24,000 bases of DNA from Candidatus Pacearchaeota archaeon (GTDB taxonomy: Archaea; Nanobdellota; Nanobdellia; Pacearchaeales; UBA284), in the NCBI GenBank assembly GCA_026016245.1, contig CP061211.1, positions 270,679-294,678 on the forward strand. The letters are read 5' to 3'. Position 1 is the stretch's first letter, and every line of letters starts with the position of its first letter. Below, in pieces: positions 1 to 6,811 of the stretch. Below the pieces are notes generated by a model, which saw only the letters and a program-made list of their open reading frames with translations, searched no databases and was not told where the DNA came from. The translations under genes and the position numbers were made by a program.

Positions 1-305
1 ATCTCTATAATTATATTATCTAACTCTCCTTTCTCAAGAGGCATGAATCTTGTATCAGAAAATGCAGCAGATTTTGCAGCTTCAACAACAGCCAAAGCAA
101 GAGATTTTATAGGATAAGGAAAGCCTATACAGCCTCGAAGTTCTCTAGATGGAAATTTATTCAGTGTGACAAAAACTCCTTGATTTTTAGAAAATTCTTT
201 TTTCTCTTCTTCAAAATCTAATTCCTGTCCAGAAAACTGAGATTCTATTGCTTTTCTCGCTAGACTTATTAATTTAAAACCTTGATCTAGAGATAACATT
301 TTCAT
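1..305 (-). CDS. AMMECR1-domain protein, N-terminal part only (gene runs off the window start)
   Basis: Not in the ORF track because it is open at the window edge. Reverse translation from ATG 305-303 gives MKMLSLDQGFKLISLARKAIESQFSGQELDFEEEKKEFSKNQGVFVTLNKFPSRELRGCIGFPYPIKSLALAVVEAAKSAAFSDTRFMPLEKGELDNIIIEI. GVFVTL, LRGCIG and DxRF are AMMECR1 family signatures. An alternative in-frame ATG lies at 299-297. Confidence 0.85.
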   Translation of the reverse strand, partial: MKMLSLDQGFKLISLARKAIESQFSGQELDFEEEKKEFSKNQGVFVTLNKFPSRELRGCIGFPYPIKSLALAVVEAAKSAAFSDTRFMPLEKGELDNIIIE

Positions 306-377
306 GCCCCCACCGGGATTCGAACCCGGGTCCTAGCCTCGAAAGGGCTAAATGCTTGGCCTCTACACCATGGGGGC
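305..377 (-). tRNA. tRNA-Glu (anticodon UUC)
   Basis: GC-rich island in AT-rich DNA. The minus strand reads GCCCCCA TG GTGTAGAGGCCAAGCAT TAGCC CTTTCGA GGCTA GGAC CCGGG TTCGAAT CCCGG TGGGGGC A. It forms a full cloverleaf with a 7-bp acceptor stem. The anticodon loop is C-U-UUC-G-A and the T-loop is TTCGAAT. No CCA is encoded. Confidence 0.9.
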
Positions 378-400
378 TTGAAAGAAAGAGAGGAGAGAAA

Positions 401-408
401 CTTTTAAA
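401..408 (-). promoter_or_regulatory. TATA box for tRNA-Glu (tttaaaag on the minus strand), overlapping the stop codon of the upstream HD-GYP gene
   Basis: The minus strand reads tttaaaag. Its 3' edge (401) is 23 nt from the tRNA 5' end (377), the same spacing seen at the other RNA genes in this window. The TAA stop of the 404..1540 ORF (406-404) lies inside it. Confidence 0.55.
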
Positions 409-1540
409 CTTTTTTATCTAATAATTTAGGATAAACCTCTTTGAAATAAACATCCAAAAGCCTAGAATCAAACTGGGGTTCCATTTTTTTCATTATTTCG
501 ACAGATTCTTTTAGAGTATATTTTTCAGGTTCTCCCCTTGCTTTTCTGTAAGGCCTCTTTGATGTCAAGGCATCAGCAACATCTGCAATAAAAACTATCC
601 TAGCCTCAAGAGGGATATTCTCTCCTTTTAATCCAAGAGGGTAACCGCTTCCATCATAATGTTCGTGATGAAGCCTTATTACATTAAGTAAAATCCTGTC
701 TTGGGCAGGATTTGCTCCATATTCAAGCATTAGATGATAACCTTTCTCTGAATGAGCCTTAACAGGGTTTTCTTCTGGAGTAAAAGCTTCTTCACTATCT
801 AAAGTATCGTCCCTAATTTTTACTTTTCCTATGTCATGCCATTGCCCTGCCAAATTCAACTTTTTAATGAATATTTTGTTTAAACCTATTACTTCGGCAA
901 TCTCACATGATCTTTTTGTTACTCTTTTAGCATGTCCTTTAAGATATGGATGTTGACTTTCTAGATAAGTATAAGTATCTTTCCCAAATTCAAGATGTCT
1001 GTTTTTTATTAATTTCATTATCTCTATCCATGGGGCTATTTGATATGTTGCTATTTTCATTACCTCAATATCAATATTTGAAAAAGCGTCTTTTTTTTCA
1101 CTTATTACTTCTAAAACTCCTACTGGTTTTCCCCTTGTTTTAATTGGGATAACTAAAGAAGAATTGGCTTTTTCATAAGTAACTCCTCTATCTAAAAAAA
1201 TAGGTTTTACTTTGCTTTTATCCCATTTTTTATGCAGATCAGGGGCATATAAAGTTTCGCCTGTCTCAACAGCTCTTCCAATAAATCCCTTGCCTGTAGA
1301 ATATATTAGCTCTGCTGTTTCTTTGTCATAGTTTCTTGTAGCAATAGCACTTATTTCATCAGTATCTTCATCTAAAAGAAAAATTCCGCTTTGTTTGTAA
1401 GGAATAACTTTATCTAATTTTTTTAGAATCAAAGAACATCTGTCTGCAAAAGGCTCTTTTAAATTATTAAGTATTCTACTAATTTCCAAATCAACTTCTA
1501 TAAGTTTTTCTAATCTTTTCTTGGAGATCTTTCCATTCAT
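404..1540 (-). CDS. GAF-domain / HD-GYP-domain phosphohydrolase (cyclic-dinucleotide phosphodiesterase family)
   Basis: 378-aa ORF. The N-terminal half is GAF-like (GFIGRAVETGETLYAPDL, VIPIKTRGKPVGVLEV). The C-terminal half carries the full HD-GYP signature set: HAKRV, WHDIGK, HSEKG, RLHHEHYDGSGYPLGL and FIADVADALTSKRPYR. A GAGGGG Shine-Dalgarno-like element sits just upstream of the ATG. Confidence 0.85.
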   Translation of the reverse strand: MNGKISKKRLEKLIEVDLEISRILNNLKEPFADRCSLILKKLDKVIPYKQSGIFLLDEDTDEISAIATRNYDKETAELIYSTGKGFIGRAVETGETLYAPDLHKKWDKSKVKPIFLDRGVTYEKANSSLVIPIKTRGKPVGVLEVISEKKDAFSNIDIEVMKIATYQIAPWIEIMKLIKNRHLEFGKDTYTYLESQHPYLKGHAKRVTKRSCEIAEVIGLNKIFIKKLNLAGQWHDIGKVKIRDDTLDSEEAFTPEENPVKAHSEKGYHLMLEYGANPAQDRILLNVIRLHHEHYDGSGYPLGLKGENIPLEARIVFIADVADALTSKRPYRKARGEPEKYTLKESVEIMKKMEPQFDSRLLDVYFKEVYPKLLDKKV

Positions 1541-1628
1541 TTTCCCCTCAGCTAACAGTTAAAGAAAATTGAATATATAAATTTTGTTATTTAGAAGTAA
1601 GAAAAAAATTAGGAGAAAAAACAAAAGG

Positions 1629-1742
1629 TGGGCCCGATGGGATTTGAACCCATGACCACTGGCTCTCTTAGAGCTATTCAATCCAAGAATGGATTGCGGC
1701 CATATAAGACCAGTGCTCTAAACCAGGCTGAGCTACGGGCCC
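1629..1742 (-). tRNA. tRNA-Ile (anticodon UAU) with a 38-nt intron at the canonical 37/38 position
   Basis: The minus strand reads GGGCCCG TA GCTC AGCCTGGTTTA GAGC A CTGGT CTTATA [38-nt intron, 1702..1665] A GCCAG TGGTC ATGGG TTCAAAT CCCAT CGGGCCC A. The acceptor and body match the typical archaeal tRNA-Ile pattern. The anticodon TAT is at 1706-1704. A CTTA/TAAG helix flanked by 3-nt bulges (TAT and AGA) fits a bulge-helix-bulge splice motif. The intron contains the perfect hairpin CAATCCA-TTCT-TGGATTG. Confidence 0.8.
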
Positions 1743-1766
1743 GACATTAAGAAGAATGATTTCTTG

Positions 1767-1774
1767 TTTTTAAA
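1767..1774 (-). promoter_or_regulatory. TATA box for tRNA-Ile (tttaaaaa on the minus strand), overlapping the stop codon of the MFS gene
   Basis: The 3' edge of the element is 24 nt from the tRNA 5' end (1742). The TAA stop of the 1770..2933 ORF (1772-1770) lies inside the element. Confidence 0.55.
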
Positions 1775-2933
1775 TTTTCTTTTTCTGGAATGAGAAAGGA
1801 ATAAGAAGAAAGGACCCAATAACACCAAAAATAATAGCAAGATAAAGGTTAGGGACAAAAAACAAGAAAAGCATGAACAAGGCTAGGCTGGTATGAATGG
1901 TTATTTCGCGAACTACTATTACTTCAGCAATATGTTTTCTTTTTGCCATGTCATAATTTATAGCATCAAAAGCTGATCCTCCTGCTGATGCTGGTCCAAC
2001 TGCTCCAAAGAAAATATTTATACCAAGAACCCCAACAAATGTTGTAATAAATAGCCTGACAAACCAGCCTAGAGAAGAAAGCATAGCTCCTATTCTTAAC
2101 ACAGCACCTTTATCATATTTATCTGCTAATCTTCCAACAAAAAAAGTAGATGCTATTGCAACAACCAAACCTGCAGAAGTTAGAGTACCAACACCAACAT
2201 AGCCTTTTAGTATTAAAAACATAATTATAATCCATGCTATAAACGCACACCTAAATGAGGCCTCACTAATAAAACCTGTTAAGCTAATTCCTGCTTTCTT
2301 CATTACTTTTCCAACTTTCTTGATGGAAAATTCCCTACGAACATAAATTTCTTTTGACATAAATAATGGTATCGTGGAAATAAAAAGCAGGATAGAAACA
2401 AATATAAAAAGAGGATTAAAACCTAAGCTGACAAGGATAAAACCTCCAATAACAGGGCCTATCGCAGCAAGAATTAAGGAAATAATAGCATAACCACTTA
2501 TCTGTTCTGCTCTAAGTTTTCTTGAACTAAACTCATAAAAATCTATATGGAAATTCATCCAAAATAAAGAGCCATGAATTCCAGAAAGTATTGGAGCTAA
2601 AAAGAATATCCAATCTAATGAATTTGATGTTAAAAATTGTAATAAAATGAAATAACCTATCAAGAAAGGCATTGAAATAAGCATTCCATGTTTAATTCCT
2701 GTCTTAGTAGATAACTTGGCTGAGAAAAATACTGTTAAAGCAAAAGAAATAGAAACAAGAGCATAAAAAAGAAAAATATACCTTAATTCAAAATTTATTT
2801 GGAAGAGATAAATAGGAATAAAAATAGCTATTAAAGCCAAAGCAAAAGTTTTTCCAGCAATTGTAATATAAATCTCACTAAGTTCCTTGTTTAGAAGATA
2901 ATGAAATATACTATGATGATGAGTGTGTGGCAT
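1770..2933 (-). CDS. Major facilitator superfamily-type transporter
   Basis: 387-aa ORF that is almost entirely hydrophobic helices (about 12). An MFS motif-A-like loop, GRLADKYDKG, lies between helices in the C-terminal half. Confidence 0.65.
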   Translation of the reverse strand: MPHTHHHSIFHYLLNKELSEIYITIAGKTFALALIAIFIPIYLFQINFELRYIFLFYALVSISFALTVFFSAKLSTKTGIKHGMLISMPFLIGYFILLQFLTSNSLDWIFFLAPILSGIHGSLFWMNFHIDFYEFSSRKLRAEQISGYAIISLILAAIGPVIGGFILVSLGFNPLFIFVSILLFISTIPLFMSKEIYVRREFSIKKVGKVMKKAGISLTGFISEASFRCAFIAWIIIMFLILKGYVGVGTLTSAGLVVAIASTFFVGRLADKYDKGAVLRIGAMLSSLGWFVRLFITTFVGVLGINIFFGAVGPASAGGSAFDAINYDMAKRKHIAEVIVVREITIHTSLALFMLFLFFVPNLYLAIIFGVIGSFLLIPFSFQKKKI

Positions 2934-2969
2934 CTTAATTTCCTCTTTTTAAAAATAATAACAAGAAGA

Positions 2970-2977
2970 TTTAATAA
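2970..2977 (+). promoter_or_regulatory. TATA box (tttaataa) for the YchF-type GTPase gene
   Basis: There are 22 nt between the element and ATG 3000. This is the same spacing as at the other leaderless-type starts in this window and supports the shortened start. Confidence 0.5.
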
Positions 2978-2999
2978 TGTTTCTTTCTTTTTGCTTTTC

Positions 3000-4187
3000 A
3001 TGTTAATAGGAATAGTTGGAAAACCTAATGTCGGTAAAAGTACTTTTTTCAAAGCATCTACTCTGGCAGAAGTAGCAATAGCAAGTTATCCTTTTACAAC
3101 TATTAAAGCTAATGAAGGAGTTGGTTTTATAAAAGTAAAATGTCCAGAAATAGAAAAAAAATTGAAATGTAAGCCAAATCATGGTTTCTGTATCAGTGGA
3201 TGGCGTTTTATACCAATAAAGCTCCTTGATGTCGCAGGACTTGTTCCAGGAGCACATGCTGGAAAAGGTTTGGGCAATAAATTCCTTGATGATTTAAGGC
3301 AGGCTGATGCCCTTATACATGTTATTGATGTAAGTGGAACAACAAATGAGGAAGGAAAACTAACAAAAGATTATGATCCAAGTAAAGATATAAAATTTCT
3401 TCAAGAAGAGATAGATAAATGGTTTTATGGAATTATTGGAGAGGACTGGAAACTTCTTGTTAGAAAAATACAAGTAACAGATGTAAAACCTTTAGAAGAG
3501 CTTGCAAGAAAATTTTCAGGCCTGAAAATCACAGAAGAGATGATTAAAGAGGCAATAAAGAACTGTGCTCTCAAAGAAGAATTTGTTTCTTGGAATGATG
3601 AGCAGCTTTTTAGTTTTGTTCAAGAGCTTAGAAAGTTAAGCAAGCCAATGATAATAGCAGCTAACAAGTGTGATATGCCACAAGCAAAGGAAAATTTAAA
3701 AAAACTTCAAGAGGAATTTCCTGAAATGATTATAGTGTCATGTTCTGCAGAAAGTGAACTTGCATTGAGAGAGGCTGCCCGTGATAGTAAAATAGATTAT
3801 GTTCCAGGAAGTAATGAATTTGCAATGCATGATGATAAGTTGAGTGAGAAACAAAAAAAAGGATTAGAGTTTGTTAAAGATAAAATTTTGGAAATTTATA
3901 ATTCAACTGGAGTACAGAGATGTCTTAATAAAGCTATATTTTCTCTCCTAAAATATATTGTGGTTTATCCAGTAGAAAATGAAAATCATTTCACTGATGG
4001 AAAAAATAATGTCTTGCCAGATGCATTTCTTCTGCCTCCAAATTCTAGTGCTTTGGATCTTGCTTATGTAATCCATACCGATATAGGCAATGCTTTTATA
4101 GCAGCAATAGATGCCAGAACTCATAAAAGATTAGCAAGGGATTATGAGTTAAAAGAGGGAGATATTATAAGAATTATGACAAAGTAA
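3000..4187 (+). CDS. ychF: YchF/OLA1-type Obg-family GTPase/ATPase with a C-terminal TGS-like domain
   Basis: The ORF track begins at 2901, but the first 33 codons are hydrophobic junk overlapping the divergent MFS gene. The conserved N-terminus MLIGIVGKPNVGKSTFF (P-loop) starts at ATG 3000. Other motifs present are YPFTTI (G2), LLDVAGLVPGAH (G3), AANKCD (G4) and the C-terminal LKEGDIIRI (TGS-like). Confidence 0.85.
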   Translation: MLIGIVGKPNVGKSTFFKASTLAEVAIASYPFTTIKANEGVGFIKVKCPEIEKKLKCKPNHGFCISGWRFIPIKLLDVAGLVPGAHAGKGLGNKFLDDLRQADALIHVIDVSGTTNEEGKLTKDYDPSKDIKFLQEEIDKWFYGIIGEDWKLLVRKIQVTDVKPLEELARKFSGLKITEEMIKEAIKNCALKEEFVSWNDEQLFSFVQELRKLSKPMIIAANKCDMPQAKENLKKLQEEFPEMIIVSCSAESELALREAARDSKIDYVPGSNEFAMHDDKLSEKQKKGLEFVKDKILEIYNSTGVQRCLNKAIFSLLKYIVVYPVENENHFTDGKNNVLPDAFLLPPNSSALDLAYVIHTDIGNAFIAAIDARTHKRLARDYELKEGDIIRIMTK

Positions 4188-4344
4188 GAACACCTCTTTT
4201 TGTCCCCCCTTTTTCCCAGGACAAAAATTGCCTTTTTCTCGGCTAGCATACTTATTTATGTTCTGCTTGTATATAAATATAGTTAAGGGAAAATATAATA
4301 GACAGAATATAAGCAAAAGAAAAATAAGTTTTCTAAATTATATT

Positions 4345-4827
4345 TTAGAAAAAATCTTTTAGATTTTTTTGTCTAAGAATCTTCTGTAGAAAGTTATGAG
4401 CTCTAGTTAAGAGTTGCCTGACACCCTTAACTCTAATCAATTTTAGAGCTTCATCATAAGTGCACCATTTAAAATTTTCGTGCTCATGGCTTATTTTTAC
4501 ATTCCAGGTTTTTGTCTTAGCCAATAGGAAAACTGCTTCCTTCCTTCTTAACTGGCCTTTTAAACGATAAAACCACTGTTGAGTCTCTCGAAAATGCGGG
4601 ATAAAAACCAAATCAGTTATACCCACTTCTTCAAGAGTTTCACGAAAAGCAGTTTGTTCTTCTGTTTCTCCTGGCTCTACAAGACCTTTCACAAAACCCC
4701 AGTAAGTGGGATATTTCACAAGAAGATAGTTTGGTTGGTCTTTAGAAATATGAAATATTATGGCTCCACAACTAAGCTCGTATTTTACTTTTTGTTTTTT
4801 CATTTTTCTTTTCTTCTGTTCTGGCAT
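4345..4827 (-). CDS. Nudix hydrolase
   Basis: 160-aa ORF with a canonical Nudix box, GFVKGLVEPGETEEQTAFRETLEEVGI (Gx5Ex7REUxEExGU). The N-terminus is Lys-rich. A TATA element sits 22 nt upstream of the ATG. Confidence 0.85.
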   Translation of the reverse strand: MPEQKKRKMKKQKVKYELSCGAIIFHISKDQPNYLLVKYPTYWGFVKGLVEPGETEEQTAFRETLEEVGITDLVFIPHFRETQQWFYRLKGQLRRKEAVFLLAKTKTWNVKISHEHENFKWCTYDEALKLIRVKGVRQLLTRAHNFLQKILRQKNLKDFF

Positions 4828-4849
4828 TAAAAAACAGAAGAGAGAAGAG

Positions 4850-4858
4850 TTTTTAAAG
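4850..4858. promoter_or_regulatory. Single near-palindromic TATA element (tttttaaag) shared by the divergent Nudix and GNAT genes
   Basis: The divergent spacer is 52 nt (4828-4879). ttttaaag (4851-4858) lies 21 nt before ATG 4880. Its reverse reading, tttaaaaa (4857-4850), lies 22 nt before ATG 4827. Confidence 0.55.
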
Positions 4859-4879
4859 TTTTAAGAGTTTAAAAAGAAT

Positions 4880-5323
4880 ATGATAAAATACAAACTCGCT
4901 ACAGTAAAAGAGGCTTCTGGAATTGCAAAGTTACTTCAAAAAAAGTATGGAAGATATTACAGACCAACAAAGTTTACACCGCAATTTGTTAAGGAAAGAC
5001 TGAAAAGAAAAGAGGTATTCTATGTGGTCACTATCGAGGACAAGAAAATTGTAGGAACTATAAGAGCAACTAAAGTAGATATTGATTTAGTAGAATTTAG
5101 ACATGAAGTTTTTTCTGACTTAAAGATAGGAAAGGGACTAATAAAAAAGATGCTTTCAATCTTGAAGAAGAAACGTATGCGAAAAGTTGTTGCTAGAACC
5201 ATCTCAACAGACAGACTTAACAATAGAGTTTACAGAGGTTTGAGATTCAGGAAAGAAGGTTACTTTAAGGATCATTATAGAAAAGGAACGCACATAATCC
5301 AGTATGCAAGATTTTTAAGATAA
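4880..5323 (+). CDS. GNAT-family N-acetyltransferase (probable)
   Basis: 147-aa ORF with GNAT-like architecture: the KKIVGTIRA strand, LVEFRHEVFSDLKIGKGLIKKML (beta4-alpha3 acetyl-CoA loop region) and VYRGLRFRKEGYF near the C-terminus. Assigned by pattern only. Confidence 0.6.
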   Translation: MIKYKLATVKEASGIAKLLQKKYGRYYRPTKFTPQFVKERLKRKEVFYVVTIEDKKIVGTIRATKVDIDLVEFRHEVFSDLKIGKGLIKKMLSILKKKRMRKVVARTISTDRLNNRVYRGLRFRKEGYFKDHYRKGTHIIQYARFLR

Positions 5324-6268
5324 AAGCAGGCAATCCCCTGGTTTTTTATCAAATTTTAGTCTTATAAAGCTTGGTTCTTTTAGTTGTTTATCTTTTGTCA
5401 TTTCTTGATATTTAACTTCTACAATAAGCTCTGGTTTAATCCATGTCACTTCTTCTTTTATCTTATTTCTTTCCTCCTCACTTAGAGCTGGCTTGTCTGT
5501 TTTTAATTTCTTCAGTTTTTTCTTTATTTTTTTATTAAAACCTTGCTTAAGTGTCCCAACATAGATAATTTCTCCTTTTTCTGGAACATATGATGCCAGA
5601 ATTAATGAATCAAAATGTTTTTCTTCCTCATTTTTTGTAGATCCAACAATGAGGGTATTGGTAGTATTGATATTTTGTATATTTAACCATGACCAGCTTC
5701 TTTTGCCTTGTTCATATATACTAGAAAGTTCTTTTGCTATCATACCACTTAATTCTCTCTCTTGAATTTGTTTCCATAATTCTTTGCCATTTGTTGTGTG
5801 GGAAGCTAGAGATATGAAAGGACTATTTGTTATTATTTCTCCAAGAATTCTCTTTCTTTCCCCAAGAGATTTATTTACAAGAGTCTGATCATCCTTTTCT
5901 AGAATATCAAAAACAAATAATGTTGCTGGAACAGTTCTACTTTTTGAATTAATCGCTAGGGGATGATTTAACTGTTCTCTGTATTGTAATGAGCTATGGT
6001 TTGGCTTACCCTCCTTGTTTAAAATAGTAAGGACAGCATCAAGAACACAATCCTTGCAATTTATATTTCTAGGAATCTCAAGAAGTTCTGGATATTTGAA
6101 TATTATATCTCTTCCCTTTCTATTAACAAGCTCAATATCATTACCTTCCTTATAAATTAGAACTCTTATGCCGTCAAATTTAGGCTCAAATATGAAGCCG
6201 ACAAGACTCTTACGATTAAGAAGATCTTTATCACCTAACTTTACGAGCATGACTTTATATTTTTCCAT
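5315..6268 (-). CDS. Minimal ATP-dependent DNA-ligase-family nucleotidyltransferase (adenylation + OB domains only) with atypical catalytic motifs
   Basis: 317-aa ORF. Motif I is EPKFDGIR (Lys30) and motif IIIa is LFVFDIL. The OB domain runs LIVGSTKN...SLILASY...YVGTLKQGF, and motif VI is the LKEPSFIRLKFDKKP-like stretch. Motifs III (LDAVL rather than LDGE-), IV (SGMIAK rather than EGxxxK) and V (WLNIQ rather than WxKxK) deviate from the family pattern. There is no N-terminal DNA-binding domain. Confidence 0.75.
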   Translation of the reverse strand: MEKYKVMLVKLGDKDLLNRKSLVGFIFEPKFDGIRVLIYKEGNDIELVNRKGRDIIFKYPELLEIPRNINCKDCVLDAVLTILNKEGKPNHSSLQYREQLNHPLAINSKSRTVPATLFVFDILEKDDQTLVNKSLGERKRILGEIITNSPFISLASHTTNGKELWKQIQERELSGMIAKELSSIYEQGKRSWSWLNIQNINTTNTLIVGSTKNEEEKHFDSLILASYVPEKGEIIYVGTLKQGFNKKIKKKLKKLKTDKPALSEEERNKIKEEVTWIKPELIVEVKYQEMTKDKQLKEPSFIRLKFDKKPGDCLLLS

Positions 6269-6270
6269 TT

Positions 6271-6678
6271 CTATTTTTTAGAATTTTTTATTGAATAAAG
6301 AATATTAGATATATTTTCACAGTTTATTATTTTTGGGTTAAGTTCTTTAAGTAAATATCCAGGAGCTTTAGAGGGATCTGCTTCTTCTCCACAAGTTAAA
6401 AATTCCCATTGACAATAACATTTGTCATCTGTTCCTTTAGGATTATTGTTAGGAAAAGTATGAACTGCAACATGACTATAACCAATAACAGCAATACCTG
6501 TATAGGCCATACCATAATCTGTCCTAAATCCTTTTATAAATGGACCAGCCTTAAGTTCTGAATCAATTTCTTTTATTACATTTATAAGTAAATCCACTAA
6601 TTTTTTTCTTTTACATCTTGGTTTAGAACACCAAAACTCAACAATAAGATGGTTTATTGATGGTCTCTTTTCATTCAT
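6271..6678 (-). CDS. S-adenosylmethionine decarboxylase (SpeH/SpeD, pyruvoyl) family protein
   Basis: 135-aa ORF that aligns by eye to prokaryotic AdoMetDC proenzymes. Matching segments are HLIVEFWC (family HLxxEFxxC), GIAVIGYSHVAVHTFPN (family xxxxxESHxxIHTWPE) and FLTCGEEADPSKAPGYLLKEL (family FTCGExxDPxKA). It ends 2 nt before the ligase-like gene, so the two probably form an operon. Confidence 0.7.
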   Translation of the reverse strand: MNEKRPSINHLIVEFWCSKPRCKRKKLVDLLINVIKEIDSELKAGPFIKGFRTDYGMAYTGIAVIGYSHVAVHTFPNNNPKGTDDKCYCQWEFLTCGEEADPSKAPGYLLKELNPKIINCENISNILYSIKNSKK

Positions 6679-6782
6679 TTTCTTCTCCTTTTTTCTTATA
6701 AAATAGGAAAATAAAATTTAAAAATCTTCTCGTGTTTGATTAAAAGTATATTATTAAAAACAACGGATAAATTGCCAAAAGA

Positions 6783-6790
6783 TTTAAATA
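6783..6790 (+). promoter_or_regulatory. TATA box (tttaaata) for the Zn-ribbon membrane protein gene
   Basis: There are 21 nt between the element and ATG 6812, with no Shine-Dalgarno sequence in between. Confidence 0.6.
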
Positions 6791-6811
6791 TAAAAGGATT
6801 TTGAAAGAAAT

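Noticed and set aside
306-1742. tRNA genes as attachment sites of an integrated element (the HD-GYP gene flanked by tRNA-Glu and tRNA-Ile)
   Set aside because: There is no integrase, no direct repeat of a tRNA 3' segment, no compositional shift, and the flanking genes are ordinary housekeeping. Horizontal origin of the HD-GYP gene remains possible, but a mobile element is not supported.
2901-2999. 33-codon N-terminal extension of the YchF-type GTPase ORF
   Set aside because: It overlaps the start of the divergent MFS gene and the intergenic promoter region. The family N-terminus (MxIGIVGxPNVGKST) begins at ATG 3000 with correct TATA spacing.
4201-4223. Small C/G-containing hairpin tgtcc-N13-ggaca after the ychF stop, considered as a possible ncRNA or terminator
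   Set aside because: It has only 5 bp with a 13-nt loop, no further conserved-looking structure, and no C/D or H/ACA box motifs in the 157-nt convergent spacer. It is most likely just terminator-region sequence.
4331-4350. 7-bp inverted repeat ttctaaa-N6-tttagaa overlapping the Nudix stop codon
   Set aside because: The stem is all A/T with negligible stability. Such repeats are expected by chance in DNA this AT-rich, and archaeal termination here is better explained by the nearby oligo-T runs.
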